Origin: Candidatus Pelearchaeum maunauluense
GTDB taxonomy: Archaea; Thermoproteota; Nitrososphaeria_A; Caldarchaeales; Caldarchaeaceae
NCBI GenBank assembly: GCA_030059675.1
Contig: JANVYQ010000001.1
Coordinates: forward strand, 192,001-256,000
Direction of reading: 5' to 3'
DNA: 64,000 nt
Translations under genes and position numbers: made by a program
Shown here: piece by piece, positions 1 through 9,853 of the stretch
Position numbering within the stretch: position 1 is the first letter of the stretch
Layout of the letters: each line of letters begins with the position of its first letter
The notes under the pieces: model-generated
What the model saw: the letters and a program-made list of their open reading frames with translations, nothing else
Database searches by the model: none
What the model was told of the DNA's origin: nothing

Positions 1-650
1 TCATCCACTATCAAGAGAGCGCCAACTCTTCTACAACGCTCCTCCAACGCGCGGAGGAACTCAGCAGTAGCGGGGACAACACCCCCCTCACCCTGAACAG
101 GCTCAACAATAACAGCCGCATACTCCTCGTCAAGGCTCTTCTCAACAGCTTCAACGTTGTTATAGGGTATGAATTTGGTCTCCCATGGGAAGGGGTCGTA
201 TCCCTCGCGGTATTTTGGGTTCCATGTAACTGAGAGGGCGCCCATTGTCCTACCGTGGAAGGCGTTGATGAACGCGAGGAATTTCTTACGTTTTGTTGTC
301 TTTCGCGCTGTTTTGAGGGCTAGCTCCACCGCCTCCGCTCCGCTGTTCTGGAAGAAGACCATGTTTAGATGTCTTGGGAGTATTCTGCCCAGCTTCTTCA
401 GGCACTCCTCCATCGTGTAGGTCTCAAAGGCTGGGGTTGCTGTTGTGAATCTCTGCATCTGCTCGGCTAGCGCCTTGATGATGCGGGGGTTTCTATGGCC
501 TAGGAAGGCCGCCCCATGTCCCGTGTGGAAGTCTAGGTAGCGTCTTCCAGCGTTATCCCAGACATACTGGCCCTCGGCCCTTACTATACGGAGGCCGCGC
601 GACGGGTGGAATGGGATAACCGAGACGGCCGTGCCTTCATGGCTGCTCAC
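1..650 (-). CDS. lysJ: [LysW]-aminoadipate semialdehyde/glutamate semialdehyde transaminase (class III aminotransferase), runs off the window edge
   Basis: Manual translation from GTG at 650 (GTGA overlap with the lysX stop): MSSHEGTAVSVIPFHPSRGLRIVRAEGQYVWDNAGRRYLDFHTGHGAAFLGHRNP...FHGRTMGALS...IVEPVQGEGG...DE. Not in the ORF track because it is truncated. Lies in the lysW/X/Z context. Confidence 0.9.
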   Translation of the reverse strand, partial: MSSHEGTAVSVIPFHPSRGLRIVRAEGQYVWDNAGRRYLDFHTGHGAAFLGHRNPRIIKALAEQMQRFTTATPAFETYTMEECLKKLGRILPRHLNMVFFQNSGAEAVELALKTARKTTKRKKFLAFINAFHGRTMGALSVTWNPKYREGYDPFPWETKFIPYNNVEAVEKSLDEEYAAVIVEPVQGEGGVVPATAEFLRALEERCRRVGALLIVD

Positions 651-1492
651 CTACGCATCACCCTAACCGTCTCCTCCACAATCTTCCCAGCCAAGTCGTA
701 GCCAGTAGCCCTCACCGTATTCCTAAACTCAACTATAGCGTTTATCTCGCTTACTAGAAGCCTGCCGTCTGGGGACTCCATGAGGTCTATCCCTAGAACT
801 CCACCACCAAGCGCCTCGCCTGACTTTATCACAATCTCGCGGAGCTCGTCAGTTATTGGCGCTGGCTCAGCCTTCCCACCCAGGGCTGTGTTCGTCTTCC
901 AGTTGCCGCTCACACGGTATATCGCAACTGGGACATCCCCCCAGATGTAGTAAGCCCGTATGTCGCGGCCAGGCTTATCCACGTAGCGTTGGAGGTAGTG
1001 TATCTTGATGTATGGGCTTTGCATGTTTTCACGTAGCTCTATTATGTCTTGTAGTGTTTCCTCGTCTGGTGCGCGGGCTATCATCCTACCCCAGCTTCCG
1101 TAGATTGGCTTTACCACGACAGGATAGCCCAGCCTACGCGAGGCGCTTAGCGCAGGCTCGCGTCTAAATGCCACAGCAGTATCTGGAACATCAACACCAG
1201 CGACCGAGAGCCTCGCGGTAGTGAGAAGCTTATCCTCGCAGTCCCTTATCACATTCAAGCTATTCACAACGGGTATTTGATTCCGCTCAAACACGATGGT
1301 GGAGCTTATGGCTCTGTAATAGCTTACGCAGCGCTGGAAGATGAAGTCGTAGTTCATGCTGTCGGGTTTTGTTACCCAGAATTCCTTGCTGGGTACGTGG
1401 ATGAGCGATACCGTGTGGCCTAGCCTACGCGCCGCCTGGAGCAGCGCTTTCTCCTCAAAACGCGCTATGTCATAGGCTAGGCCTATGTTCAA
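647..1492 (-). CDS. lysX: LysW ligase (ATP-grasp, RimK family)
   Basis: KPIYGSWGR, YLQRYVDKPGRDIR, WKTNTALGG, EIN motifs; adjacent to lysW. Confidence 0.93.
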   Translation of the reverse strand: MNIGLAYDIARFEEKALLQAARRLGHTVSLIHVPSKEFWVTKPDSMNYDFIFQRCVSYYRAISSTIVFERNQIPVVNSLNVIRDCEDKLLTTARLSVAGVDVPDTAVAFRREPALSASRRLGYPVVVKPIYGSWGRMIARAPDEETLQDIIELRENMQSPYIKIHYLQRYVDKPGRDIRAYYIWGDVPVAIYRVSGNWKTNTALGGKAEPAPITDELREIVIKSGEALGGGVLGIDLMESPDGRLLVSEINAIVEFRNTVRATGYDLAGKIVEETVRVMRR

Positions 1493-1495
1493 CCG

Positions 1496-1693
1496 CTACT
1501 CGCCCCAGTCCTCTGCTACTTCCTCGGCCATCTTGAGACTCATAGAGCCGTTGTCATCCACGATAAGCTCCAGCTGCGCTCCACAGTCTCCATGCTCAAA
1601 CAGCTCTCCAGCTAGCGCATCTTCAGGCACCGCCATCGTTCCGCCGCAAACTGGGCATGAAAGCTCTGGCAACACTACATCACCAGTTTTCAC
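1496..1693 (-). CDS. lysW: amino-group carrier protein LysW
   Basis: CPVC...HGDCG zinc ribbon and C-terminal EDWGE signature. Confidence 0.95.
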   Translation of the reverse strand: MKTGDVVLPELSCPVCGGTMAVPEDALAGELFEHGDCGAQLELIVDDNGSMSLKMAEEVAEDWGE

Positions 1694-1778
1694 TGATTTC
1701 GTATTATCGGCACTATATAATGCTTAATGGTGTTGTTTTTTCACGAAAATCGTATGATAGATACGTTATTCGTCATGT

Positions 1779-2576
1779 TTAGTCTGGTGTTATTTCCGTC
1801 CCAGAGCCGTCCTCCAGCCTGCTGAGTGGGTCTGGCCCCTCTCCTGAACAGATGACCGCACGGCCTACTCCCTGCTCAACCGCTTTAGCCGCCATCATCA
1901 CCTTACGATTCATCCCAGCACCTATCTTCTCAAGAAGAGCGTTGGCTTCGCCGCATCGTATCTTCTTGACGAGCTGGCCGTCTATGATTACGCCCTCTAC
2001 ATCTGTTAAGAGGGCTAGTGTTTCTGCTTTAAGCGCCGCCGCTACTGCGGAGGCCGCGGTGTCGCCGTCTATGTTAAGTAGCTCGCCCTCCTCACCCAGC
2101 GCTACGGGGGAGATTATGACAACGAGTCCCATTCCCAGGAGTTGGGTTAGAAGCTCTCCATCAACCCGCGTTATGCTTCCCGTATAGCCTCCGTCTATGA
2201 TACGCTTACGGCCACGCTCATCCATTATGATAATCCTCTTCTTCCTCTGAGCGCGTATAATTCCAGCGTCAACGCCGCTTAGGCTAACAGCCCTAACTCC
2301 ACGCGCGTTGAGGTATGCTGAGATTTCTTTCCCCAGCTTCCCTGACATTACCATGTTATACACCTCTATCTCACGCTCATCCGTCAGCCTGCTCCGTATC
2401 CCGCTGGGCGAGACTACTATCTTCGGCTCTATTCCCAGAGCCTTCTCAAAGCGCGATACCACATCACCCCCTCCATGTACGAAGACTACACCATGCCCGC
2501 GCTGTGCCGCTATGGAGTTTAGGATGTTGGTCATGTTGTTCTCAAGTACCCTGCCGCCAGCCTTGACCACAATCAT
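1779..2576 (-). CDS. lysZ: [LysW]-aminoadipate/glutamate kinase
   Basis: MIVVKAGG, VHGGG, GGYTG, LLNIDGD, GAGMNRK amino-acid kinase motifs. Confidence 0.92.
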   Translation of the reverse strand: MIVVKAGGRVLENNMTNILNSIAAQRGHGVVFVHGGGDVVSRFEKALGIEPKIVVSPSGIRSRLTDEREIEVYNMVMSGKLGKEISAYLNARGVRAVSLSGVDAGIIRAQRKKRIIIMDERGRKRIIDGGYTGSITRVDGELLTQLLGMGLVVIISPVALGEEGELLNIDGDTAASAVAAALKAETLALLTDVEGVIIDGQLVKKIRCGEANALLEKIGAGMNRKVMMAAKAVEQGVGRAVICSGEGPDPLSRLEDGSGTEITPD

Positions 2577-2789
2577 ACCGCATCAGACTACGTTGGATGA
2601 ACAACTATAGCTGCAACAAAAACAATAATACGGGGCAGGTGGATTGTTGGGTTTTCTGGCTCCGAGATTAATTATTTAAAGCTTTCTAACCTCCATTATG
2701 GATTCCGCAAAATTAAACCACATAACATACTGTCCTCCTTAATAGATTGGTTTCTTGCTTACTCATTCAGTAGTTGGGAGCTGGGTTGG

Positions 2790-3710
2790 ATGGTTGAGGT
2801 TATTCGTGTGGGGACTAGAAGGAGCCCGCTCGCGCTGGCGCAGACAGAGCGGGTTATAGAGCTGCTCAAGAGAGCCAGCCCAGACACGCAGTTTGAGGTC
2901 GTCAAGATAGTGGCAGCGGGCGATGAGGATGTCAGATGGAAGCACGACGCCATGACTGGAAAGGACATGTTCACCCGCGCTATTGAGGAGAGGCTTCTCA
3001 GGGCTGAGATAGACCTGGCGGTTCATAGTTTGAAGGATATGCCAGCACGCCTCCATCCTGAGCTGGTTATAGCTGCCATACCTCTCCGCGGAGACCCGCG
3101 CGATGCGCTGGTATCAGCTAATGGCGCGGGTCTTAAACAACTACCACAAGGCGCGCGGGTAGGCACTAGCAGCCTCCGTAGAAGAGCCCAGCTACTCGCA
3201 TACAGGCCTGACCTAACCATAGTAGAGCTTCATGGTAACGTGGGGACGCGGCTTAGGAAGCTTCGTGAGGAGGAGCTGGATGCGATAATCTTGGCGGCGG
3301 CAGGTCTTGAGAGGCTCGGCCTAAGCGGGGAGATAACCGAGATACTCCCGACAGACGTGATGCTCCCAGCGGCAGGCCAGGGCGCTTTAGCTGTGGAAGC
3401 CAGACGTGATGATAGCTATGTAATCAGAATCGCAGGAGCAATAGATGACGTATCCACGCGAAGAGCTGTTGAGGCTGAGAGATACTTCACAGCAACGATG
3501 GGTGGTGGATGCAACATGCCCGTGGCGGCGTACGCTAGGATTGGTGATGGGATGCTCATTCTTGATGGGATGGTGGCCTCTCCTGATGGTTCTAGGCTTA
3601 TGCGGGACAGCGCTGTTGGTGATTCGGAGAACCCCCGCGCAGTAGCGCAGCAGCTAGTCCAGAGGCTCACCGCCAAGGGAGCCTTGGAGATAGTAGGTGG
3701 TGGAGCATGA
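2790..3710 (+). CDS. hemC: hydroxymethylbilane synthase (porphobilinogen deaminase)
   Basis: GTRRSPLALAQ, VHSLKDMP, GTSSLRRRAQL, GNVGTRL, GGGCNMP (cofactor Cys). Confidence 0.96.
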   Translation: MVEVIRVGTRRSPLALAQTERVIELLKRASPDTQFEVVKIVAAGDEDVRWKHDAMTGKDMFTRAIEERLLRAEIDLAVHSLKDMPARLHPELVIAAIPLRGDPRDALVSANGAGLKQLPQGARVGTSSLRRRAQLLAYRPDLTIVELHGNVGTRLRKLREEELDAIILAAAGLERLGLSGEITEILPTDVMLPAAGQGALAVEARRDDSYVIRIAGAIDDVSTRRAVEAERYFTATMGGGCNMPVAAYARIGDGMLILDGMVASPDGSRLMRDSAVGDSENPRAVAQQLVQRLTAKGALEIVGGGA

Positions 3711-4456
3711 GCGAGAGGCCTCTAGCAGGAATGCGCATAGTAATAACCCGTCCAAAAGAAGGCGGCGACAAGCTGGTCGCGAAGATAAAGGAACTGGGAG
3801 GAACACCAATAGAGCTGCCAGCAATAGAGATAGCGCCTCCACAGAGCTACGAGAATCTAGACAAGGCTCTCAAACGTCTGAATGACTATGATTGGCTGGT
3901 CTTCACAAGCGCTAATGGTGTGCGGTTCTTCTTTGAGCGCGCTAACGTAGTAGGCGTGGTATCTGGGGTTAGGGCGCGTATAGCCGCTGTCGGCCCCTCA
4001 ACGGCTGAGGCTCTAGATAGCCATGGCCTCAAGGCCAGCTTCATCCCCTCACTCTACCTAACCCGACGCCTTGCCGAGGAGCTTCCAGAGGTTGCTGGTA
4101 AGCGCGTGCTTCTAGTTAGGTCTGAAAACGCCGACAACGAGATGATGGAGATACTATCTAGGCGTGGCGCTCTAGTGGATGAGGTGCGCGCATACCGCGT
4201 GCTAGTGAGGAGTGAAAGCGCCGAGAAGCTGGGAGACTTTGATGCGGTCATCTTCACAAGCCCATCAACCGCGAGAGGATTCAAAGAAATCCTTGAGAGT
4301 AGCAAGGCGTGTAAGAAGAGTGGATTCAAGGTTTTCTGTATAGGGCCTGTTACTGCGCGCGCCGCTGAGGAGCTTGGCTTCAGCGTTAGCGGTGTTGCGG
4401 TGGAGCATACTGTTGATGGTTTGGTAAAGATGTTGGTGGAGGTGGCTGGTGGTTGA
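3707..4456 (+). CDS. hemD: uroporphyrinogen-III synthase
   Basis: [31 protein letters not shown]; ATGA overlap with hemC. Confidence 0.93.
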   Translation: MSERPLAGMRIVITRPKEGGDKLVAKIKELGGTPIELPAIEIAPPQSYENLDKALKRLNDYDWLVFTSANGVRFFFERANVVGVVSGVRARIAAVGPSTAEALDSHGLKASFIPSLYLTRRLAEELPEVAGKRVLLVRSENADNEMMEILSRRGALVDEVRAYRVLVRSESAEKLGDFDAVIFTSPSTARGFKEILESSKACKKSGFKVFCIGPVTARAAEELGFSVSGVAVEHTVDGLVKMLVEVAGG

Positions 4457-5451
4457 TTCTCCGAGAGAGGGAGAGGATAGTAGTTAGGTTGCGTAGGCTT
4501 AGAAGAAGCGGCCAGCTTAGGAAGCTGGTGCGCGAGACGCGGGTATCTACGTCAGACTTGGTGCAGCCCATCTTCGTTAGAGAGGGCGAGAAGATTAGGG
4601 AGGAGATAGAACAGATGCCAGGCGTCTACCGAATGAGCATTGACATACTCGTTGATGAAGCTAAGGAGCTGGTGGAGCTGGGCGTGCCCGCCATTCTTCT
4701 CTTCGGGATACCCTCCGCCAAGGATGAGCGCGGCTCTGGGGCATATAGCAGTGATGGCATCGTCCAGCGCGCTGTGCGCGCTGTGAAGAGCGAGGTGAGC
4801 GGGCTTGTGGTGATGACTGACGTGTGTCTCTGTCAATATACAAGTCATGGACACTGCGGCATCGTAGCTAATGGTGTGGTTCTCAACGACATTACGCTGG
4901 AGCTTCTTGCTAAGACGGCCGTCTCCCACGCTGAGGCTGGTGCTGATGTTGTTGCGCCCAGCGCCATGATGGACCACCAAGTAGCCGCGATACGTGAAGC
5001 CTTAGATAATGAGGGCTTTAGCGACGTGGCCATCATGGGGTATAGCGCCAAGTTCGCCTCATCATTCTACGGCCCCTTCAGAGAAGCTGCATACTCGGCG
5101 CCAGCCTTCGGCGACAGACGGAGCTACCAGATGGATATAGGAAACGCGCGGGAAGCGCTTAGGGAGATTGAACAAGACATAAGGGAAGGCGCTGATATAG
5201 TGATGGTTAAGCCTGCCCTGGCTTATCTTGACATTATAGCGCGCGCCAGGTCTAGGTTTAGCGCACCCATAGCTGCGTATAGCGTCAGCGGCGAGTATTC
5301 TCTCATTAAGGCCGCGGCCTCCAAGGGCTGGATAGACGAACGCGCACTAGCTCTTGAGGTGCTTACAGCGATAAAGAGGGCTGGAGCAGACATTATAATC
5401 ACATACTTTACACGCGATTTTGCACGTTGGCAGCGGGGTGATGATATATAA
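4453..5451 (+). CDS. hemB: porphobilinogen synthase (Zn-type ALA dehydratase)
   Basis: [46 protein letters not shown]. Confidence 0.97.
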   Translation: MILRERERIVVRLRRLRRSGQLRKLVRETRVSTSDLVQPIFVREGEKIREEIEQMPGVYRMSIDILVDEAKELVELGVPAILLFGIPSAKDERGSGAYSSDGIVQRAVRAVKSEVSGLVVMTDVCLCQYTSHGHCGIVANGVVLNDITLELLAKTAVSHAEAGADVVAPSAMMDHQVAAIREALDNEGFSDVAIMGYSAKFASSFYGPFREAAYSAPAFGDRRSYQMDIGNAREALREIEQDIREGADIVMVKPALAYLDIIARARSRFSAPIAAYSVSGEYSLIKAAASKGWIDERALALEVLTAIKRAGADIIITYFTRDFARWQRGDDI

Positions 5452-5537
5452 AGCAATTATGCTTTCCACAACATAAAGACGAAGCCTCTATGTTTCCCTT
5501 AATAAATAGGCTTAACATATATGGAAATGATAAAGCG

Positions 5538-6758
5538 ATGTCAGAATGGCCCTCCAGCATCCACCTAACTATGTTCGGCGCAAACTACAGGCTTTCTAGT
5601 ATTGAGGAGCTGGAGAGGCTCACTTCATACATAACCCCAGAGCTCTTAAGCAGGCTATCCTCCAAGAATGCCCACACCTCCTACGCTCTCCTCTCAACAT
5701 GTAATAGGGTTGAGGTATATGCCCTCTCCCTGGGAGGTGGCGACTGCGCAAGATTGTATGAAGTCTCTGAAATTGTAGGGATGAATCTGGATAGTGTGTT
5801 GGTGTATCAGGGTAGGGAGGCTGTACGCCATCTTATACGCGTCGCTTCAGGGCTGGAGTCGCTAGCTGTAGGCGAGCCCCAGATACTCTTCCAAGTAAGG
5901 AACGCGTCCATCATAGCAGGGGATAGCTTGAGCAGGCGCGCTATTGAACGACTCTTCAGACACGCGTATAACGCGGGCAGGCGAATAAGAAAAAAACTAG
6001 GAATGACTGGTGATTCTTCAATAGGCGCGCTCGCCGCGAAGCTCATACGCTCAGTATCAAAACCCAGCCCGCGAATCTTAGTGATAGGCTCTGGCGAGAT
6101 GGCCCGCGCATTCATAAGCTCCCTCAACCAAGAAGAGCGTAGCAACATTATAGTAGCTACACGAAGACCAGAAAAAGCAGGATGGCTCAGAGAGCGCGGA
6201 ATAACAGTCATCCCACTGGAGGAGTTTAAGAACATACTACCCAGTGTTGATGCTGCAATAACAGCGACATCATCAAAGAACTATATCATAACTAAGCAAC
6301 TTCTAGAGGGGCTAAAGCTCCCCAAGAACCTAACGCTTGTTGATATTTCTGTCCCGCGCAATATTGAGCCTGATGTGGCGTCGTTGCCCAACGTTAGGCT
6401 CTATAACATAAACGACCTGAGGGAGTATTCCCAGCCTGAGGCGGTGGATTGCTTCGGCCTCGCGGATGGCCTGGTTGATGCGGAGGTTGAGCGCTACGTC
6501 TGCTGGCTCTCCACCTTAGAAGTATTTGAGACCATCAGGTGTGTTAGGATGCGGGCTGAGGAGATACGCGCTGAAGAGCTGGCGGAATGTCTTAAGAGGC
6601 TCAACGGCCAGAGAGAGCACGACGAGCAGGTATTAGCAACCATGACGCGGAGGATAATCAACAGGCTTCTCCACGAGCCTACCATACGCTTGAAGGAGAG
6701 GGCACGGAACGGCGACGTTGAAATCTACAAGCGGGTATTGACGGAGTTGTTCGGATAA
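5538..6758 (+). CDS. hemA: glutamyl-tRNA reductase
   Basis: LSTCNRVE catalytic motif, ASGLESLAVGEPQI, GSGEMA, DISVPRNIE; start placed at MSEWP (the ORF track extends to 5490). Confidence 0.93.
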   Translation: MSEWPSSIHLTMFGANYRLSSIEELERLTSYITPELLSRLSSKNAHTSYALLSTCNRVEVYALSLGGGDCARLYEVSEIVGMNLDSVLVYQGREAVRHLIRVASGLESLAVGEPQILFQVRNASIIAGDSLSRRAIERLFRHAYNAGRRIRKKLGMTGDSSIGALAAKLIRSVSKPSPRILVIGSGEMARAFISSLNQEERSNIIVATRRPEKAGWLRERGITVIPLEEFKNILPSVDAAITATSSKNYIITKQLLEGLKLPKNLTLVDISVPRNIEPDVASLPNVRLYNINDLREYSQPEAVDCFGLADGLVDAEVERYVCWLSTLEVFETIRCVRMRAEEIRAEELAECLKRLNGQREHDEQVLATMTRRIINRLLHEPTIRLKERARNGDVEIYKRVLTELFG

Positions 6759-6783
6759 AATGTTAATGAGAGAGTGATGCTAT

Positions 6784-7470
6784 ATGCCTGGTAAGATACC
6801 TGAAAACCCAGTGGTTCAATTTCTCGTACTGGGTCTTAACCCAGCGTGGCGTATGCTTAGTGAGCATGAACGCTCTAAGGGCCGTGAGGAGCTACTCAAC
6901 ACCATGCGTAGCTGGGATGATGGGATAACGACGTATCCATACAGCTTGGTGGGCATTAAGGCGGGTGCGGATATTCTTCTGTGGCGTGTGGCTGGGAGCA
7001 TAGACCAGCTCCAGGAAAGCTACGCCGCCATGACGCGAACTGGGCTGGGCAGATACCTAGAAGCCAGGTACATCATGACAGGGTTTGTGAGACAATCCAC
7101 CTACGTTAAGAAGCCCACAGCCCAAGAACAAGCGATACTGGAGCCAAACCGCAAACGCTACCTCATAGTATACCCCTTTACAAAAACCGCCGATTGGTAC
7201 CTGCTGAAGCGCGACACCAGGCAGGGGATGATGAACGAGCACATAAGGGTTGGCCGCGAGTTCCCAACAATAAGCCAAGTCCTAGTCTATTCATTCGGCC
7301 TAGATGACCAAGAGTTCATCGTGGCTTACGAGACGGATGACCTCAAGACGTTCCAAGACTGCGTTATCGCTCTCAGGGAGACCGAGGCGAGGCGCTACAC
7401 ACTCCGCGACACGCCGATATTCACCGCCATACATAGGCCGCTTGAAGAGGTCTTGGAGCTGTTGGGCTAG
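6784..7470 (+). CDS. chdC: chlorite dismutase-family protein, probable coproheme decarboxylase (ChdC/HemQ)
   Basis: YPFTK...WYLL...MMNEH proximal motifs and SFGLDDQEF; Gln rather than Arg at the distal position (ISQVLVYSFG); located inside the hem operon. Confidence 0.8.
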   Translation: MPGKIPENPVVQFLVLGLNPAWRMLSEHERSKGREELLNTMRSWDDGITTYPYSLVGIKAGADILLWRVAGSIDQLQESYAAMTRTGLGRYLEARYIMTGFVRQSTYVKKPTAQEQAILEPNRKRYLIVYPFTKTADWYLLKRDTRQGMMNEHIRVGREFPTISQVLVYSFGLDDQEFIVAYETDDLKTFQDCVIALRETEARRYTLRDTPIFTAIHRPLEEVLELLG

Positions 7471-7471
7471 C

Positions 7472-8800
7472 ATGAGTAGCATAGGTTCGCTGGGAAATAG
7501 GATGTTCAGGAGGTCTTCCGAGCTTTATGCCAGGGCTCGGCGGGTGCTGGTTGGCGGTGTTAATAGTCCTGTCCGCTCCTTCAAGTCTGTCGGCGGCGAG
7601 CCTCTCTTTATCCAGCGTGGCAAGGGATGCTACATCTACGACGCAGACGGTAATGGGTATGTTGATTACGTATGCTCGTGGGGCGCCCTCATCCTAGGCC
7701 ACGCCGACGCTGACGTGGTGAGGGCAATCCAAGAACAGGCCACACAGGGAACATCATACGGCGCCTCAACAGAGCTTGAAGTTGAGCTGGCGGAGAAGAT
7801 AGCCAGCGCAATACCCTCAATAGAGCTTCTGAGATTCGTCAATTCGGGAACAGAAGCCACCATGTCAGCTATCCGGCTGGCGCGCGGCTATACTGGGAAG
7901 AAGAAGCTGGTGAAGTTTGAAGGCTGCTATCACGGCCATGCCGATTATCTCCTCACGAGAGCAGGCTCTGGGCTGGCCACATACTCCATTCCCAGCTCAG
8001 CCGGAGTTCCTGAGAGCCTTGCACAGGAGACGATTACACTCCCCTTCAACGATGTAGCCGCTGTTGAGTACGTTTTCAAGAGAGAAGGCGCGGAGATAGC
8101 TGCGGTGATCGTTGAGCCTATAGCTGGTAATATGGGCGTGGTTCCAGCTAGCAGGGAATTTCTAGCAACACTCCGCGAGCTGACAGAACGCTATAACGCG
8201 CTTCTCATCTTTGACGAGGTGATAACAGGTTTCCGCCTAACATACGGAGGCGCGCAGAACATCTATGGCATAACCCCAGACCTGACTTGCCTCGGCAAAG
8301 TCATAGGAGGCGGCCTTCCAATAGGCGCTTACGGCGGACGTGAGGAGGTGATGAAGAAACTCGCGCCGCTTGGGCCTGTGTATCAAGCTGGAACACTCTC
8401 TGGAAACCCCCTCTCGATGGCGGCTGGTCTAGCAACACTCAAAAAGCTCTCACAGACGACCTACGAGTCGTTGAGCAGTAAAATTGAGAGTATAACGACA
8501 GCCCTTCAGAAGACAGCGGAGGAGATGGGCATACATGCGAAGATAACGAAAGCAGGCTCCATGTTCAGCATCTTCTTCACAGACAAGGATGATATTACAA
8601 GCTATGATGATGTGCTCGCATGTGATAGGGAGAGGTTTTCACGCTTCTTCTGGAACATGCTGGGTAGAGGCGTTTATCTTCCTCCTTCACAGTTTGAAGC
8701 GATGTTCATCTCAACCGCGCATGATGAGGAAGCTCTTGACAAGACCTTGGAGGCGGCCAGCGCTTCCTTGGCTGAGCTTTCGCGTGAAAAAGATGAATGA
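7472..8800 (+). CDS. hemL: glutamate-1-semialdehyde 2,1-aminomutase
   Basis: GGVNSPVR, NSGTEATM, KFEGCYHGH, FDEVITGFR, GKVIGGGLP, AGTLSGNP; real start is most likely the ATG right after the chdC stop. Confidence 0.96.
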   Translation: MSSIGSLGNRMFRRSSELYARARRVLVGGVNSPVRSFKSVGGEPLFIQRGKGCYIYDADGNGYVDYVCSWGALILGHADADVVRAIQEQATQGTSYGASTELEVELAEKIASAIPSIELLRFVNSGTEATMSAIRLARGYTGKKKLVKFEGCYHGHADYLLTRAGSGLATYSIPSSAGVPESLAQETITLPFNDVAAVEYVFKREGAEIAAVIVEPIAGNMGVVPASREFLATLRELTERYNALLIFDEVITGFRLTYGGAQNIYGITPDLTCLGKVIGGGLPIGAYGGREEVMKKLAPLGPVYQAGTLSGNPLSMAAGLATLKKLSQTTYESLSSKIESITTALQKTAEEMGIHAKITKAGSMFSIFFTDKDDITSYDDVLACDRERFSRFFWNMLGRGVYLPPSQFEAMFISTAHDEEALDKTLEAASASLAELSREKDE

Positions 8801-9827
8801 CAGACTTCTGAGAGCATGTCGTAGAGAGAAGACGGACACTAGGCCAGTGTGGTTTATGCGTCAGGCTGGGAGATACCTGCCAGAATACAGGAAAATCCGC
8901 GAGGAGTATGACCTACTAACAATATGCAGAACCCCAGGACTCGCAGCGGAGGTGGCGGCAATCCCAGTAGAGAAATTCGGCCTAGATGCTGCCATAGTAT
9001 TCGCAGACCTCCTAACACCATTAGAGGGAATGAACATTACGATAAAGCTGATTGAGAACAGCGGCCCATTCGTTGATGAGCCTATTAGGAGCGCTCAAGA
9101 CGTTAAGCGTCTTAAGGGGTTTGAGCCTGATGCGGTCGCGTATGTCTATGATAATATTAGGATGCTAAGCGGTTTGCTGGGTGATGTCCCCATTATAGGT
9201 TTTTGCGGCGCTCCCTTCACGCTGGCCAGCTACCTTATTGAGGGGAGGGTATCCCGCGACCTAGTAGAGACGCGGCGCTTCATGCTCACAGCGGGAAAGG
9301 CGTGGAGAGAACTCATGGACAAGCTTACCAATATGGCCTTAGAATACCTGAAGATGCAGATAAAGGCTGGAGCTAGAGTTGTACAGATTTTTGATAGCTG
9401 GGTAGGCTGCCTAAACCCCAGCCAATACACTACATACATCCTCCCACACATGCGGAAGCTCTTAAATCAACTATCAACACACGACATCCCCATAATACAC
9501 TTCACCACTGGAAACCCAGCCCTGCTAAGCGCGATAAGCAGCGCGGGAGGCCATGTAATAGGCGTGGACTGGCGCATAGACATAGGAGAAGCATGGAGAA
9601 TAGTCGGCTACGATAAGGCCATCCAAGGTAATCTAGACCCAGCCATACTCCTAGCAAGCCCAGCAACAATCAAACAAGCAGCCGAGGAGATACTCAGGAA
9701 AACCGCGGGAAGACCTGGCCATATCTTCAACCTAGGGCACGGGATACATCCAACAACACCACCAGAGAACGTAAAGCTACTGGTTGAATTTGTGAGGGAG
9801 TTTGACGCTAATTACGCTGATGGCTAG
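8793..9827 (+). CDS. hemE: uroporphyrinogen decarboxylase
   Basis: PVWFMRQAGRYLPEY, GFCGAPFTLASY, QIFDSW, QGNLDP, FNLGHGI; start MNDRLL overlaps the hemL stop. Confidence 0.95.
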   Translation: MNDRLLRACRREKTDTRPVWFMRQAGRYLPEYRKIREEYDLLTICRTPGLAAEVAAIPVEKFGLDAAIVFADLLTPLEGMNITIKLIENSGPFVDEPIRSAQDVKRLKGFEPDAVAYVYDNIRMLSGLLGDVPIIGFCGAPFTLASYLIEGRVSRDLVETRRFMLTAGKAWRELMDKLTNMALEYLKMQIKAGARVVQIFDSWVGCLNPSQYTTYILPHMRKLLNQLSTHDIPIIHFTTGNPALLSAISSAGGHVIGVDWRIDIGEAWRIVGYDKAIQGNLDPAILLASPATIKQAAEEILRKTAGRPGHIFNLGHGIHPTTPPENVKLLVEFVREFDANYADG

Positions 9828-9853
9828 AGCTTGGAATATTTGTTATGGTTGTG

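Noticed and set aside
6784-7470. True chlorite dismutase
   Set aside because: The distal position is Gln rather than the catalytic Arg, and the gene lies in a heme biosynthesis operon.
7304-8792. Long N-terminal extensions of HemL (from 7304) and HemE (from 8589) in the ORF track
   Set aside because: They overlap upstream genes by 170-210 bp. Internal ATGs at 7472 and 8793 abut the upstream stops and give normal lengths.
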